DNA of 64,000 nt from an uncultured Methylomirabilota bacterium (GTDB taxonomy: Bacteria > Methylomirabilota > Methylomirabilia > Methylomirabilales > 2-02-FULL-66-22): positions 328,684 through 392,683 of the forward strand of contig CAWJHW010000004.1 in the NCBI GenBank assembly GCA_963842855.1, written 5' to 3'. The notes under the pieces were generated by a model. The model saw only the letters and a program-made list of their open reading frames with translations, was not told the origin of the DNA and searched no databases. How positions within the stretch are numbered: the stretch's first letter is position 1; every line of letters starts with the position of its first letter. The position numbers were made by a program, and so were the translations under genes. This document shows, one piece after another, positions 38,387-47,976 of this stretch.

Positions 38387-38965
38387 TACTCTCCGCCGCT
38401 TCGTGCGCTGCCGCGGTCCCCTAGGCCAGCTCCCCCCTCATCCGACCTGGAGACAACCGTAGCCACGGAGCTTCCCCTGATGAAGCCACACCCAGCCGGA
38501 ACCCTGCGGAATGTTGGCAAATCAATAATCCAGCGGCGGGATGAGTGGTGGGGTTCTCAGTGAGACCCCGCGCGCTTTGACCCCCTCTCCCGGCAATCGA
38601 GATGCCGGGGAAAGTAATTGTCCGCCCCCGAGCCACCTTCCACATAGACTACCACATAGACAATTTACAGGCCACAGGCTGCATTTGTTTCAGGAGCCAT
38701 ACACACGGCCCGTCACACGTGAGGGTTCCTCCCACAAACGGGAGATCCCCCGCTGGGGCTGCTCTCCCAAAAGTGTCTGGTGCTAAGTACTCGAATTCAC
38801 GGTTCTGCACGTGCTAGGCCGTGCAATGGTTGTTTCCCGTTTTCCACCTACGTGGAGGGAGGGGTAGCGCGGGTGGCCCCCCCGATGGCGTCAGCCGAGA
38901 GCGCCCGGAGCCCCCGCCCTTGCCGTGACTCCCACGGCTGATCTTCCGTGATCCCTTGCTCTTCC

Positions 38966-39829
38966 TCAGTTCTTCTCCCGTTCCTTCGCCCCCCACCAGG
39001 CCAGGTGGATGGAGACGAAGGCGAGCCCCACGCCCTCGGGGATGTCCAAGAGGTAGTGGGTCTTGACGAGCACCGTGGAGGCCGAGATGAGCACGGCGAG
39101 GACGAGCACAGGCCACGCCAGGGGGGACCGGTCCCGGAAAAACACCCAGGCCACGAGCATGGAGTTGGCCACATGGAGGCTCGGGAAGACGTTATAGCCC
39201 GGGTTGATCTCGTGAAGATACTGGTGGAGGGCCCGGGCGGCGACCCCCGGGCCGGCGACCGGTGGCCGGATCATCCGCGAAGGGAAGAGGACGAAGCAGA
39301 CGGAGGCCAGGGCGAACTCAAGGAAATATGCCAGGGCCACCCGGCCGAACCGCTTCGCGGAGGTGAGGAGCGGGAGGACCACGAAGCAGAAAGGATAGTA
39401 GAGGGCGTAGGCCCAGAACGTCTAGGCGACGAACGGGATCCGTTCGTCGAGGGGAAGCGAAAAGTCGTAGATGCGGCTGCTGGGGACCTTGGAGAGATGG
39501 AGGTCCAGCCAATAGTATCCTGTGCCGAGGACGAGGCCCACGGCGAACCCGGTGGACCACCGCACCCACGGCAACAACAAATCCTCAGAAAAATCAAAAC
39601 GGGTCACCTGTGGCGCTCCCTGTTTCAGCGCCCCGCGCGGCGAGGAGGACTTCGGGTCTACCTTGCGGCGTAGCTCTTCCGCCTCGCAGCGTGCCTGCTC
39701 TGGTTCCTTCGCGGCCCGGGCCAGTTCCTCTGCCAACCGCGCCAGCTCTGCCTCCACCTCTGGGCGCGGTGGCAGGCACCGGCGTGGGCCGCGTGACCTC
39801 CGCCTTTGCCCAGGCGCCAACCGCCGCAA
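38966..39829 (-). pseudogene. PAP2-superfamily membrane protein interrupted by in-frame TAG at 39422-39424
   Basis: The upstream ORF ends ...SLPLDERIPFVA-TAG. The same frame continues as TFWAYALYYPFCFVVLPLL... into track ORF 38966..39382, which carries PSLH and STVLVKTHYLLD (PAP2 motifs C2/C3). Confidence 0.55.
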
Positions 39830-39837
39830 AGCCGAGC

Positions 39838-40008
39838 ATGATTGATGTCCATCACCACCACATTCCCCCGTTCTATCTCGCCGAGAATCGCGAACGCATC
39901 GCCGGATCGCGCGGCGGGCAGATCAGCCCCGCGTGGTTGAGCTGGACGCCGGAGCGGGCGATCGAGGCGATGGACACGAGCGGCGTCGGCCGCTGGCGGT
40001 GCTTATGA
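39838..40008 (+). pseudogene. N-terminal fragment of an amidohydrolase_2-type metal-dependent hydrolase
   Basis: MIDVHHHHIPPFYLAENRERIA...AIEAMDTSGV is the typical N-terminus (DxHxH metal motif). The ORF ends after about 56 aa, where it meets the 3' end of the convergent aminotransferase gene. Confidence 0.4.
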
Positions 40009-41145
40009 ATGACTTTGGCGTTCTTGAACCTCAGCTGGAAACGAGCCGACTGCGGAGGCGACGTACCGCACTTCTTCTTCCGTCAGCTCGGGATACAGCG
40101 GCAGCGACAGGACCTCTCGGCAGGCCCGCTCCGCCTGCGGGAGGTCCCCCTCCTTGTAGCCGAGGTGCCGATACGCTTTCTGGAAGTGAACGGGCATGGG
40201 GTAGTGGATGCTGGTGCCGATCCCGTTGTCCCGAAGATGCTTCTGGAGCCCGTCGCGCCGGACCGACCGGAGCACGTACAGGTGATAGCTATGCCGAGCG
40301 GGTGGCGCCTCGGCGGGTAGCGCCACCGGTGCCTGGGCCAATAGCTCCCCATAGAGCTGGGCAAGCCTGCGGCGGGCCGCAACCCACTCCGCCAGATGCT
40401 TCAGCTTGGCACGCAGGATCGCCGCGTGGATTTCGTCAAGGCGGCTGTTGACCCCCTCGATGCAGTTCTGATACTTCGCCTCTTCTCCATAGTTGCGGAG
40501 CATGCGCACCCGCTCTGCCACCCCGGCGTCGTCCGTGACCACCATGCCGGCGTCCCCGTAGGCGCCGAGGTTCTTGGTGGGGTAGAAGCTGAAGCACCCG
40601 GCGTCGCCCAGGCAGCCGGCTTTCCGGCCGGCATACTCGGCGCCGTGGGCCTGGGCGGCGTCTTCGATCACCTTCAGGCCGTACTCCCGGGAGACCTCGA
40701 GGACGGGACCCATGTCGGCCGGATGGCCGTACAGGTGGACGGCGACGACCGCCTTGGCGCGGAACGGCGGCGGCTGTGCCTTCAGGTAGGCCCTGAGCTT
40801 CTCGGGCTCCAGGGTGAAGCTGTCGGGATCGATGTCCACGAAGACGGGCTGGGCGTTGGCGGAGACGATGCCGCAGACCGTCGGGACCGCCGTGTTGGGC
40901 GCGGTGATGACCGCGTCCCCCGCCTGGACCCCGCAGGCCCGCAGCGCCAGGTGCAGCGCTTCGGTTCCCGAGCCAACCCCGACGGCCTCGCGGGCCCCGC
41001 AGTAGGCGGCGAACTCTCGCTCGAACGCCGCGAGCTCTTCGCCCAGGATATACCGGCCGCTTTCCAGCGTGCGCTCGACCGCGCGGTGGATCTCTTCGCG
41101 AATCCGACGATATTGCCGGGAGAGGTCCAGAAAGGGCACCTGCAT
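40003..41145 (-). CDS. DegT/DnrJ/EryC1/StrS-family sugar aminotransferase (ArnB-like)
   Basis: MQVPFLDLSRQY..., GSGTEALHLAL, VHLYGHPADM, DAAQAHGA, SFYPTKNLGAYGDAG (PLP Lys), NSRLDEIHAAIL. Confidence 0.88.
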   Translation of the reverse strand: MQVPFLDLSRQYRRIREEIHRAVERTLESGRYILGEELAAFEREFAAYCGAREAVGVGSGTEALHLALRACGVQAGDAVITAPNTAVPTVCGIVSANAQPVFVDIDPDSFTLEPEKLRAYLKAQPPPFRAKAVVAVHLYGHPADMGPVLEVSREYGLKVIEDAAQAHGAEYAGRKAGCLGDAGCFSFYPTKNLGAYGDAGMVVTDDAGVAERVRMLRNYGEEAKYQNCIEGVNSRLDEIHAAILRAKLKHLAEWVAARRRLAQLYGELLAQAPVALPAEAPPARHSYHLYVLRSVRRDGLQKHLRDNGIGTSIHYPMPVHFQKAYRHLGYKEGDLPQAERACREVLSLPLYPELTEEEVRYVASAVGSFPAEVQERQSHS

Positions 41146-41191
41146 CGCCGTCACGAGTGGTTCACTCCGGGGAGAGGGGTGACCCCAGCAC

Positions 41192-42193
41192 TTACCAGTA
41201 GTGCGCTTTGTATTGCCGGTAGTAGAGCACTGTCTTCTTGACGCCGTCCTCCAGGGGGGTCGTTGGTTGCCAGCCCACCACCCGCCCGATTTTGCGGATG
41301 TCGGAGCAGAAGTCGCCGGGCTCCTGGGCCGCGCGCTCCGGCGAGAACGGCGCGAACTCCCAGCGGCCGCTCCCTGCCACGCGCACGACAATCTCCGCCA
41401 GCTCGCGAAAGCTGGAGGCGCGGTTGTTGCCCACGTTGAAGACCTGACCGTAGGCGGCCTCGGTCGCCGCGCAGCGCAGCATGGCGTCCACCGCATCCTG
41501 CACGTAGACGAAGTCCCGCAGCAGCGAGCCGTCGCCAAACACCGGAATCGTCTCGTCGTCCACCGCTAGCCGGATGAACCAGTTGGCCACGCCGAGGCGG
41601 CTGTGCTTCATCTGCGCGCGCTCCCCGTAGATGTTGGTCAGGCGGAGCGTTACCGAGCGCACGCCGTGGTTGTCGTTGTAAATCTGGAACAGCTGCTGGG
41701 CCGTGAGGCTGGAGAGCTCGTAGATCCCCCTCGGATGCATGGGCTGGTCTTCCCCCACCGGCAGCATGACCGCGCGCCCGTACTCTCCGCGGGTGCCGCT
41801 GTAGACCAGCCGGGCGCCCGCATTGACGCGCCGGCACGTCTCCAGCAGGATCGCCGACCCCTTGATGTTGATGTCGATGTCGGGGAATGGGTTGGTCAGA
41901 CTGAGGACGTGGTCGTTCTGGCCCGCGAGATGAAAGAGGTAGTCCTTGCCGCGGACGAGGTACTTCAGGCTGCACTCGTCCCGGACGTCGCTGAAATTGA
42001 CCGTGACCTGGTCCCGGATGGGCTCGATGTTGAAGAGGTTGCCGCCGTGGTCGTCGAGCATGGCGTCGAGCAGCGTCACCCGCGCGCCCAACCCGACGAG
42101 CTTGATGGCGAGGTTGCTACCGAGAAAGCCGAGCCCGCCGGTGATCAGGACTTGCTTGCCGCAGAAACAATCGAGGCCGGTCGGTTCAGTCAT
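41192..42193 (-). CDS. NAD-dependent sugar epimerase/dehydratase (extended SDR)
   Basis: VLITGGLGFLGSNL Rossmann motif and a YxxxK context (YELSSLTAQQ). Typical length. ATGA overlap with the upstream GT2 gene. Confidence 0.8.
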   Translation of the reverse strand: MTEPTGLDCFCGKQVLITGGLGFLGSNLAIKLVGLGARVTLLDAMLDDHGGNLFNIEPIRDQVTVNFSDVRDECSLKYLVRGKDYLFHLAGQNDHVLSLTNPFPDIDINIKGSAILLETCRRVNAGARLVYSGTRGEYGRAVMLPVGEDQPMHPRGIYELSSLTAQQLFQIYNDNHGVRSVTLRLTNIYGERAQMKHSRLGVANWFIRLAVDDETIPVFGDGSLLRDFVYVQDAVDAMLRCAATEAAYGQVFNVGNNRASSFRELAEIVVRVAGSGRWEFAPFSPERAAQEPGDFCSDIRKIGRVVGWQPTTPLEDGVKKTVLYYRQYKAHYW

Positions 42194-43187
42194 GCCCGAT
42201 CTCCCGCGGTCCATCGACCGGGATCGTGACCCCGGCCGTCACGGGGAGATCCGAGGAAGCAAGGGGCTTGGCCTCCACGACCTCGCGGACGACAAACTGG
42301 GGGGTCTGGTTCTCCGTCAGGAACAGCCGACCCAGGTACTCGCCTATCAACCCCAGCAGCACCAGCTGGACGCCAGAGAACAAAAGGATGGCGACCAGCA
42401 CCGACGCCCAGCCGACCGGCACGTCCGGGCGCACGATCCTCTCGACGACCACCTCGATGCCCAGCAGAAGACCGAGGACGCTCCAGGCCAGGCCCAGCAG
42501 AGTGCTCATCCTGAGCGGCATGACCGAGAAGTTCATGAACATGTTGAGCCACAGTCGCAGCAGCTTGCGCAGCGTGTAGTTGGACCGGCCCTCCCTCCGT
42601 GGCTCGTGCCGGACCTGGATCGTGCCGATGTTCCGGGTGCATCGCAAGGCGAGGCCGTCGACGTAGGGGTACGGCCCGCGGTACTTGAGGATCTCGCCCA
42701 CGATGAAGCGGCTGAGGCATTTGAAGCTCGACAGGTAGAGATGCGGCGGCTTTTCCAGTATGAAGGTGGCCACGCGGTCGTTCAGCCGGCTACCGAGGTT
42801 GCGGACCCAGTGGTGGTGCTTGCGCGTGTAATCGGTGTAGACGATGTCGTACCCGTGCGAGCAGGCGTGGTCGATCAGGCGAGGCACCTCCTCCGGAGGG
42901 TTCTGGAAGTCGTCGTCCATGATCACCGCGTAGTCGCCGCGCGCATGGCGGAGGCCCGCCATCACGGCGTTGTGCTCGCCGAAGTTCTTGGCGAGCCTCA
43001 CGTAGGTGACGGTTCCGGCGTAGCGGGCGCTCAGAGCACGGCACGCCGCATCGCTGTCGTCGACGCTGCCGTCGTTGACGAGCACGATCTGCAGCGCGTC
43101 CACACTCAGAACGGCGATGAGCCGCTCGACGAGGGGACCGATGGTCCCAGCGCTGTTGTAGACCGGAATGACGATCGAGGTCATCAT
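42186..43187 (-). CDS. family 2 glycosyltransferase with C-terminal TM pair (ArnC / polyprenyl-phosphate glycosyltransferase-like)
   Basis: SIVIPVYNS, VLVNDGSVDDS, VIMDDDFQNPPEE (DxD), then two C-terminal TM helices (GVQLVLLGLIGEYLGR). Confidence 0.85.
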   Translation of the reverse strand: MMTSIVIPVYNSAGTIGPLVERLIAVLSVDALQIVLVNDGSVDDSDAACRALSARYAGTVTYVRLAKNFGEHNAVMAGLRHARGDYAVIMDDDFQNPPEEVPRLIDHACSHGYDIVYTDYTRKHHHWVRNLGSRLNDRVATFILEKPPHLYLSSFKCLSRFIVGEILKYRGPYPYVDGLALRCTRNIGTIQVRHEPRREGRSNYTLRKLLRLWLNMFMNFSVMPLRMSTLLGLAWSVLGLLLGIEVVVERIVRPDVPVGWASVLVAILLFSGVQLVLLGLIGEYLGRLFLTENQTPQFVVREVVEAKPLASSDLPVTAGVTIPVDGPREIGHD

Positions 43188-43240
43188 GTGCGGTGCTCTT
43201 CTCTGATCCCGCTCGGCCGGGAGCCCTGCCCTCCCGCCGG

Positions 43241-45439
43241 TCATCCCGAAGGGACCGGAACCACGCCCGCCTCGGGCCGGAGGTCGTACAGTTGCGAGTT
43301 GTTCACCCTGCCGCCGAAGCCGCGGCCGAACGGCCGGCGGGGGGCGTTCGGGTCTCGGGGGAGCAATGCCTGGTTGGGGGCGACGGCGCCGGCCTCCGGG
43401 ACGCTCGAGCGCCACAGGGCCGGGTCCACGAGCTTGCCGTTCGCACGGACCCAGTCCGCGACGGGTCTTCCCGCCGCCTCGGCGCCCAGCCTTCGACCGG
43501 TTGTCGAGATGTCGTCCACCATCACGAAACGAACCTGCTTGTCCCCGACCATCCGGGAGAGCTTCTCCGGAGACAGAATAGGGTCCGTCCCCATGAAGCC
43601 GCCCATTGCCATCACCGCCTCGCCGGTCTGGATGATGATTGGCGCCGCAAGCTGGGCACTCAAGGTCGCCAGCAGATAGCGTTCGCCCTGGTGGTTGGCC
43701 GTCAGGAAGCCCACCAGTTTCCGGGTGGTCGCGAGCCCCTCGGACCTGTCTCGCGAGCGCAGGCCGGCGGTGTCGTCCCCGGGAGCCAGCCGGGACAGGT
43801 CGGCCGATAGGAGCATGACGCTGTCTCTGGACAGCACGCTACTCAACGCCCACGCCCCAGGGGTGGCCAGCAGCGCCACCAGTCCCACTCCCAGCGAGGC
43901 GGCGGCCAAGCCGCGCGCAGGCCGGCTCAAAGGCCCACGGAGCGGTGGGGCGAGCAGCCCTGCCACAGCCACCAGGGTTCCGCCGAGGAGCGCGAGGTAG
44001 AGCCAAGTCCGCCAATCGCCCGACTGTTCTTTCGCGGCGATGAGGATGGCCATCAGGCTACTGCGCGACGGGTCGAGCGTCCACCCCAGGGCACTCGACC
44101 CGATGTAGGCCTCCCACGCAGCAGTCATAAGCAGCGCCCCGGGAAGCAGGATAGCGTGCCATCCTCGCCGGTGGTACCCGTCCCACAGGCTCACCACGCC
44201 GATGCCGGCGAGCGCCGCGAGCGGAGGGGCCATGGTGGCGAGGTAGTAGGCGCGAAAGATCCCGCCGGCATAGCTATAGACGATGCCATACGTGAGGGTC
44301 CAGCCAACCCACAGGATCAGTATCATATGCGCCGGGGCGAGGGGCCGGCGCCATCCCGCCCGGCGCGCGGCGACCCCCGCCCCCAGAAACGCCAGTGGGA
44401 GCAGCCATCCCACTTGACCGGCCAGATGGCGGTCGAAAAGCCGCAGCGGCCCGACGGGGACGCGGTCCCCGAACCCCGGCCACCCACCGCGAAGCCCGGG
44501 CCTGGCCGGAGGCCCAGCGCCAGGACCTGGTTGCGCTCCCGCCGTCGCAGATTGCGCGGTCCCTGGAACGATCCCGGCGGCCCGGAACAGTCTCCAGCGG
44601 GGGATGAACCGCTGGATCCCGTTATGGTCCACCGCCAGCTCAAGCATGGAATTTGTCCGACTGCTGCCGGCGAACGGTCGCTTGTCCGGCGGGGTCAGGT
44701 CGTAGGCGAGCACCCAGGACAAGGAGACCGCCGCCAAGACGAGGGCGGCCATCGTCAAGTCTACGAATCGGCGCCGCCCCCCGACGGGCGCACCCAGGAA
44801 GTATACCAGGACGAAAGTCGGCAGCACGACGAATGCGGCCAGCATCTTGACGTTGAACCCGATCCCGATCAAGGCCATGGACAATAACAGCAGGCCCCGG
44901 CTCCCCTTCTCGGCCGCCCGCGTGAGCGCCCAGGCCGCCAGGAGGAGAACCAGCACGAGGCAACTGTCGGTGTTACTCGAGCGGTCGATCACAACGCTCA
45001 CCGGGGTGATGGCAAGGAGGAGGGCCGCGAGCCGGCCGGCCGACGCCCCGAACCGGCGCTGGACCAGGTGATAGATCAGCCATACCGCGGCCACGCCCTC
45101 CAGGACCTGGGGCAGAAGCACGCTGAGACTGTGGAAGCCGAACAGCTTGGCGCTGGCTACCTGAACCCACAACGCGACCGGGGGCTTGTCCACGGACACG
45201 AACCCCGCCGGATCGAACGAGTTGTAGAAGAAATTATGCCAGCTCGTCAGCATGCTCCGGACGCCGGCGGCGTAGTATTCGAGACCGTACCCGTTCTGGT
45301 CCAACCGCCACAGCCGGAGCCCGGCTCCGAGCAGCACGATTGCCCCCAGCGCGATCCGATCCCGCTCCCGCCACCATGCAGAAGCAAGGGCCCTGCCGAC
45401 CACATTCTGCCCCGTGATGGTCCCAAGCCTCGTTGCCAT
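43241..45439 (-). CDS. GT39/ArnT-like (PMT_2) membrane glycosyltransferase with C-terminal extracytoplasmic domain
   Basis: It has many TM segments. The N-terminal part (YYAAGVRSM...DKPPVALW...) follows the ArnT/PMT_2 pattern. 732 aa. Confidence 0.75.
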   Translation of the reverse strand: MATRLGTITGQNVVGRALASAWWRERDRIALGAIVLLGAGLRLWRLDQNGYGLEYYAAGVRSMLTSWHNFFYNSFDPAGFVSVDKPPVALWVQVASAKLFGFHSLSVLLPQVLEGVAAVWLIYHLVQRRFGASAGRLAALLLAITPVSVVIDRSSNTDSCLVLVLLLAAWALTRAAEKGSRGLLLLSMALIGIGFNVKMLAAFVVLPTFVLVYFLGAPVGGRRRFVDLTMAALVLAAVSLSWVLAYDLTPPDKRPFAGSSRTNSMLELAVDHNGIQRFIPRWRLFRAAGIVPGTAQSATAGAQPGPGAGPPARPGLRGGWPGFGDRVPVGPLRLFDRHLAGQVGWLLPLAFLGAGVAARRAGWRRPLAPAHMILILWVGWTLTYGIVYSYAGGIFRAYYLATMAPPLAALAGIGVVSLWDGYHRRGWHAILLPGALLMTAAWEAYIGSSALGWTLDPSRSSLMAILIAAKEQSGDWRTWLYLALLGGTLVAVAGLLAPPLRGPLSRPARGLAAASLGVGLVALLATPGAWALSSVLSRDSVMLLSADLSRLAPGDDTAGLRSRDRSEGLATTRKLVGFLTANHQGERYLLATLSAQLAAPIIIQTGEAVMAMGGFMGTDPILSPEKLSRMVGDKQVRFVMVDDISTTGRRLGAEAAGRPVADWVRANGKLVDPALWRSSVPEAGAVAPNQALLPRDPNAPRRPFGRGFGGRVNNSQLYDLRPEAGVVPVPSG

Positions 45440-45619
45440 TTCCCGCCCCTGAGAGACCGAGTCTTCTATCTCGAACAGATGGAATGACAGGCTTGACGAA
45501 ACTCCACTGTATCATTGTAATCTTTGTTCGAACCGCTGTGAGAGCCCAACCTGCGAGCTTTGGTCTCGGAACCGCGCTGCGCACTCCGCGGGGAGGGGCT
45601 GCTGACCTGGCTCCCCGGT

Positions 45620-45780
45620 CGGGCAAGCGGATGTCCACCCTGAGAACCAAATCCGGCCGCGATTCCCTCCGCGGTCGATGCCGCTTCCCGCACCCGGTCT
45701 CCAGCTCGGGCAAAGACCTTGGTGAGCGACCAGCGTGTAAGCTTGTCGTCATCCATGACGAGGATCTCGCGTGTTACCGC
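45620..45780 (-). pseudogene. decayed copy of the CheY-like receiver gene (paralog of 28203..28565)
   Basis: AVTREILVMDDDKLTRWSLTKVFARAGDRVREAAS aligns with MVTREILVIDDDKLTRWSLAKVLARFGYRVREAAS. The ATG is replaced by GCG, an internal deletion is present, and the sequence diverges after about 45 codons. Confidence 0.7.
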
Positions 45781-45970
45781 TCCCTCCGGTAGGAGTAACC
45801 CCGGCTCCGTCTCCCCCGTCCGCATCCGGGGCCTGCCAGACGCGCCGCAGCCAGGTCCCCCCGACAGCGATGACTCCCGGCCACCCGTTCCTGACTCCCG
45901 CCCAGAAGCGCCACCAGCCGATCACCGCCAGGGTCACCCCACTCCAGCCGACTTGCCAGGGTCCGTTCAT
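45749..45970 (-). CDS. small single-TM protein, paralog of 28566..28754
   Basis: MNGPWQVGWSGVTLAVIGWWRFWAGVRNGWP... is clearly similar to the other copy. The stop is shifted relative to that copy. Confidence 0.4.
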   Translation of the reverse strand: MNGPWQVGWSGVTLAVIGWWRFWAGVRNGWPGVIAVGGTWLRRVWQAPDADGGDGAGVTPTGGSGNTRDPRHG

Positions 45971-45988
45971 CCGAGGGCCCCCTTCCCA

Positions 45989-47530
45989 TCACTCTCTGCT
46001 TCCCGAAGACCTCTCCAGTCCGCGGCTAGGCCGTTCGTCCTGGGTAACGCACCGGGCCGCGCGTCTCATTCCCTCCTGGGAATGATGGGCTGACCCGGCG
46101 CGGCGAGCGGTGCCGGCACTGAGAACGGTTCCCCCGCCCCTCAGCAGAGCCTTCCGATTCGTCGGGCATGAGCGTCGTTCGTTCGGCCTCATCCAGCACA
46201 GCCCGCGCCCGCCAAGGCTGGGGCTGTTCGGTGGCTTTACCCAGGAAGCGCCGACCATATCCCCCGCGGCACTGGTGTCACGGATCCAGTCGCCATATCT
46301 TTCGTAGCGCAGCGCGTCGATGGGATCGAGGAAAGCCGCCTTGTGCGCGGGATAGTAGCCAAAGAAAATCCCGATGAGAGCTGCCGAGCCGAAGGCCACC
46401 GCGATGGACGCCGGCGTGATCAGCGTGGACCAGTGGGCCAGCATGGCGATGAGAGTGGACCCGCCCACGCCCAGGAGGATGCCGACGATCCCCCCGATCA
46501 GGGCCAGCGTCATCGCCTCGATCAAAAACTGCCCCAGGATGTCGCGGGCGCGGGCGCCCACCGCCATCCGCAGGCCGATCTCCCGCGTCCGCTCCGTCAC
46601 CGACACCAGCATGATATTCATGATCCCGATGCCGCCGACGAGGAGGGAGACTGACGCAATGGCCCCGAGCAGCAACGTCATGGTCCGGCTGCTCTCGGCC
46701 TGCGCGGCAAAGGTCTCGGCAAGGTTGCGCACGTCAAAGTCGTTATCCTGGAACGGTTGGAGGTGGTGCCGCTGCCGGAGGAGGTCTACCACCTGCTGTT
46801 GAATGTCCGAGAGGAGGTCGGCTGACGCGGCCTTGATCTGGATTTGCCCGACGAACCGCGCGTTCGCCTGGCTCACCCCCAGGACGCGTTTCTTGGCCGT
46901 GGACAGGGGGATCAGCACCACATCATCCTGATCCTGGCCCCAACTGGATTGGCCCTTCCTCGTAAGCAGGCCGATGACCGTGAAGGGCACCTTCTTCATG
47001 CGGATGATCTGGCCGATGGGGTCGCCGTCGCCGAAGAGGTTCTCCTTCACCGTCTGGCCCAGGACGGCCACCTTGGTGGCGCCCTCCAGGTCTGAGGCTG
47101 TAAAGAAGCGCCCCGTCGCCAGGTCCCAATCCCGGATCACGAGGTAGTCCGAAGCGGTCCCTTGGATCGCGGTGGACCAGTTCTGATTCCCGAAGACGAT
47201 CTGGGCGCCCCCCCGCAGGGAGCCGCTGGCGGCCACCACCCCGGGGATCTCGATCGCAATAGCCTTCGCGTCGTCCTCGCTCAGCGTTTGCGTGGAGCCG
47301 GTCCCCATCCGCATCCCCCCGCTCGTGGCGGCGCCGGGGAGGACGATCAGGAGATTGGAGCCGATGCTGGCAATCTGCTCCTCGATGCGGGCGGCCGCCC
47401 CGCTCCCCACGGCCACCATGGCGATGACCGCCCCCACGCCGATGATGATCCCGAGCATCGTCAGGGCGGAGCGCAGTTTGTTCACCCGGAGGGCCCGCAG
47501 GGCGATCCTCACACTCGCAAGCACGTACAT
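45989..47530 (-). CDS. MacB-type ABC permease with lost stop codon (103-aa non-homologous C-terminal extension)
   Basis: The FtsX/MacB_PCD pattern is as in 34833..36206 and ends at the family terminus DPIDALRYE (E codon 46301-46303). AGA follows where the paralog has a stop, and the ORF runs on to 45989. Confidence 0.8.
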   Translation of the reverse strand: MYVLASVRIALRALRVNKLRSALTMLGIIIGVGAVIAMVAVGSGAAARIEEQIASIGSNLLIVLPGAATSGGMRMGTGSTQTLSEDDAKAIAIEIPGVVAASGSLRGGAQIVFGNQNWSTAIQGTASDYLVIRDWDLATGRFFTASDLEGATKVAVLGQTVKENLFGDGDPIGQIIRMKKVPFTVIGLLTRKGQSSWGQDQDDVVLIPLSTAKKRVLGVSQANARFVGQIQIKAASADLLSDIQQQVVDLLRQRHHLQPFQDNDFDVRNLAETFAAQAESSRTMTLLLGAIASVSLLVGGIGIMNIMLVSVTERTREIGLRMAVGARARDILGQFLIEAMTLALIGGIVGILLGVGGSTLIAMLAHWSTLITPASIAVAFGSAALIGIFFGYYPAHKAAFLDPIDALRYERYGDWIRDTSAAGDMVGASWVKPPNSPSLGGRGLCWMRPNERRSCPTNRKALLRGGGTVLSAGTARRAGSAHHSQEGMRRAARCVTQDERPSRGLERSSGSRE

Positions 47531-47613
47531 GGCAGTTCTCCGCTACACTCCGGCCGCGGACCCCCCGCGCGCCCGGCCTCACGTTCGGCGGCCAGCGAGG
47601 CCCGGAGGAGGGT

Positions 47614-47793
47614 TCACGTAAGGGCCATATGGTCGACCGTGGCGTCGTGTGGTGCCTCGATCTGCTTATCCTTCAGGATGCAACTATCCCGCAACAGGAT
47701 TCGAATAGCGTGGGCCGCGATATCCGGTTCGTGCGTAACGAGGGTGATGCTGGCCTCGCGATCATCGTTAGTCAGGAGCCGCTCCGGCCTCGC
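47614..47793 (-). pseudogene. C-terminal remnant of a MacB-type ABC ATPase
   Basis: ERLLTNDDREASITLVTHEPDIAAHAIRILLRDSCILKD matches the H-loop/C-terminus of MacB-type ATPases (compare [25 protein letters not shown] in 36203..36913). Walker A/B and the signature motif are absent. Confidence 0.65.
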
Positions 47794-47976
47794 TCAGGGG
47801 CTAACGGCAGACGGCGCTTGTTGGGCCTGGGCTAAGACGCCGCCGCTTTCCCGATCGGCGCGATCACGGTCAACACCACTGCCCAGTGAGATCATTCCGC
47901 TCGACGTGGCACCGGCGGCCGTGCCCAGCAGGAAGGCGAGCAGCAGGAGCAGGGCCCCTTGTACTCGCGGTTTCAT
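47794..47976 (-). CDS. small secreted/membrane protein (60 aa)
   Basis: Its ATG overlaps the anti-sigma stop (ATGA). MKPRVQGALLLLLAFLLGTAAG is signal-like. Confidence 0.4.
   Translation of the reverse strand: MKPRVQGALLLLLAFLLGTAAGATSSGMISLGSGVDRDRADRESGGVLAQAQQAPSAVSP

Noticed and set aside
41946-43679. 577-aa plus-strand ORF
   Set aside because: It is antisense to the SDR, GT2 and GT39 genes, all of which carry clear family motifs.
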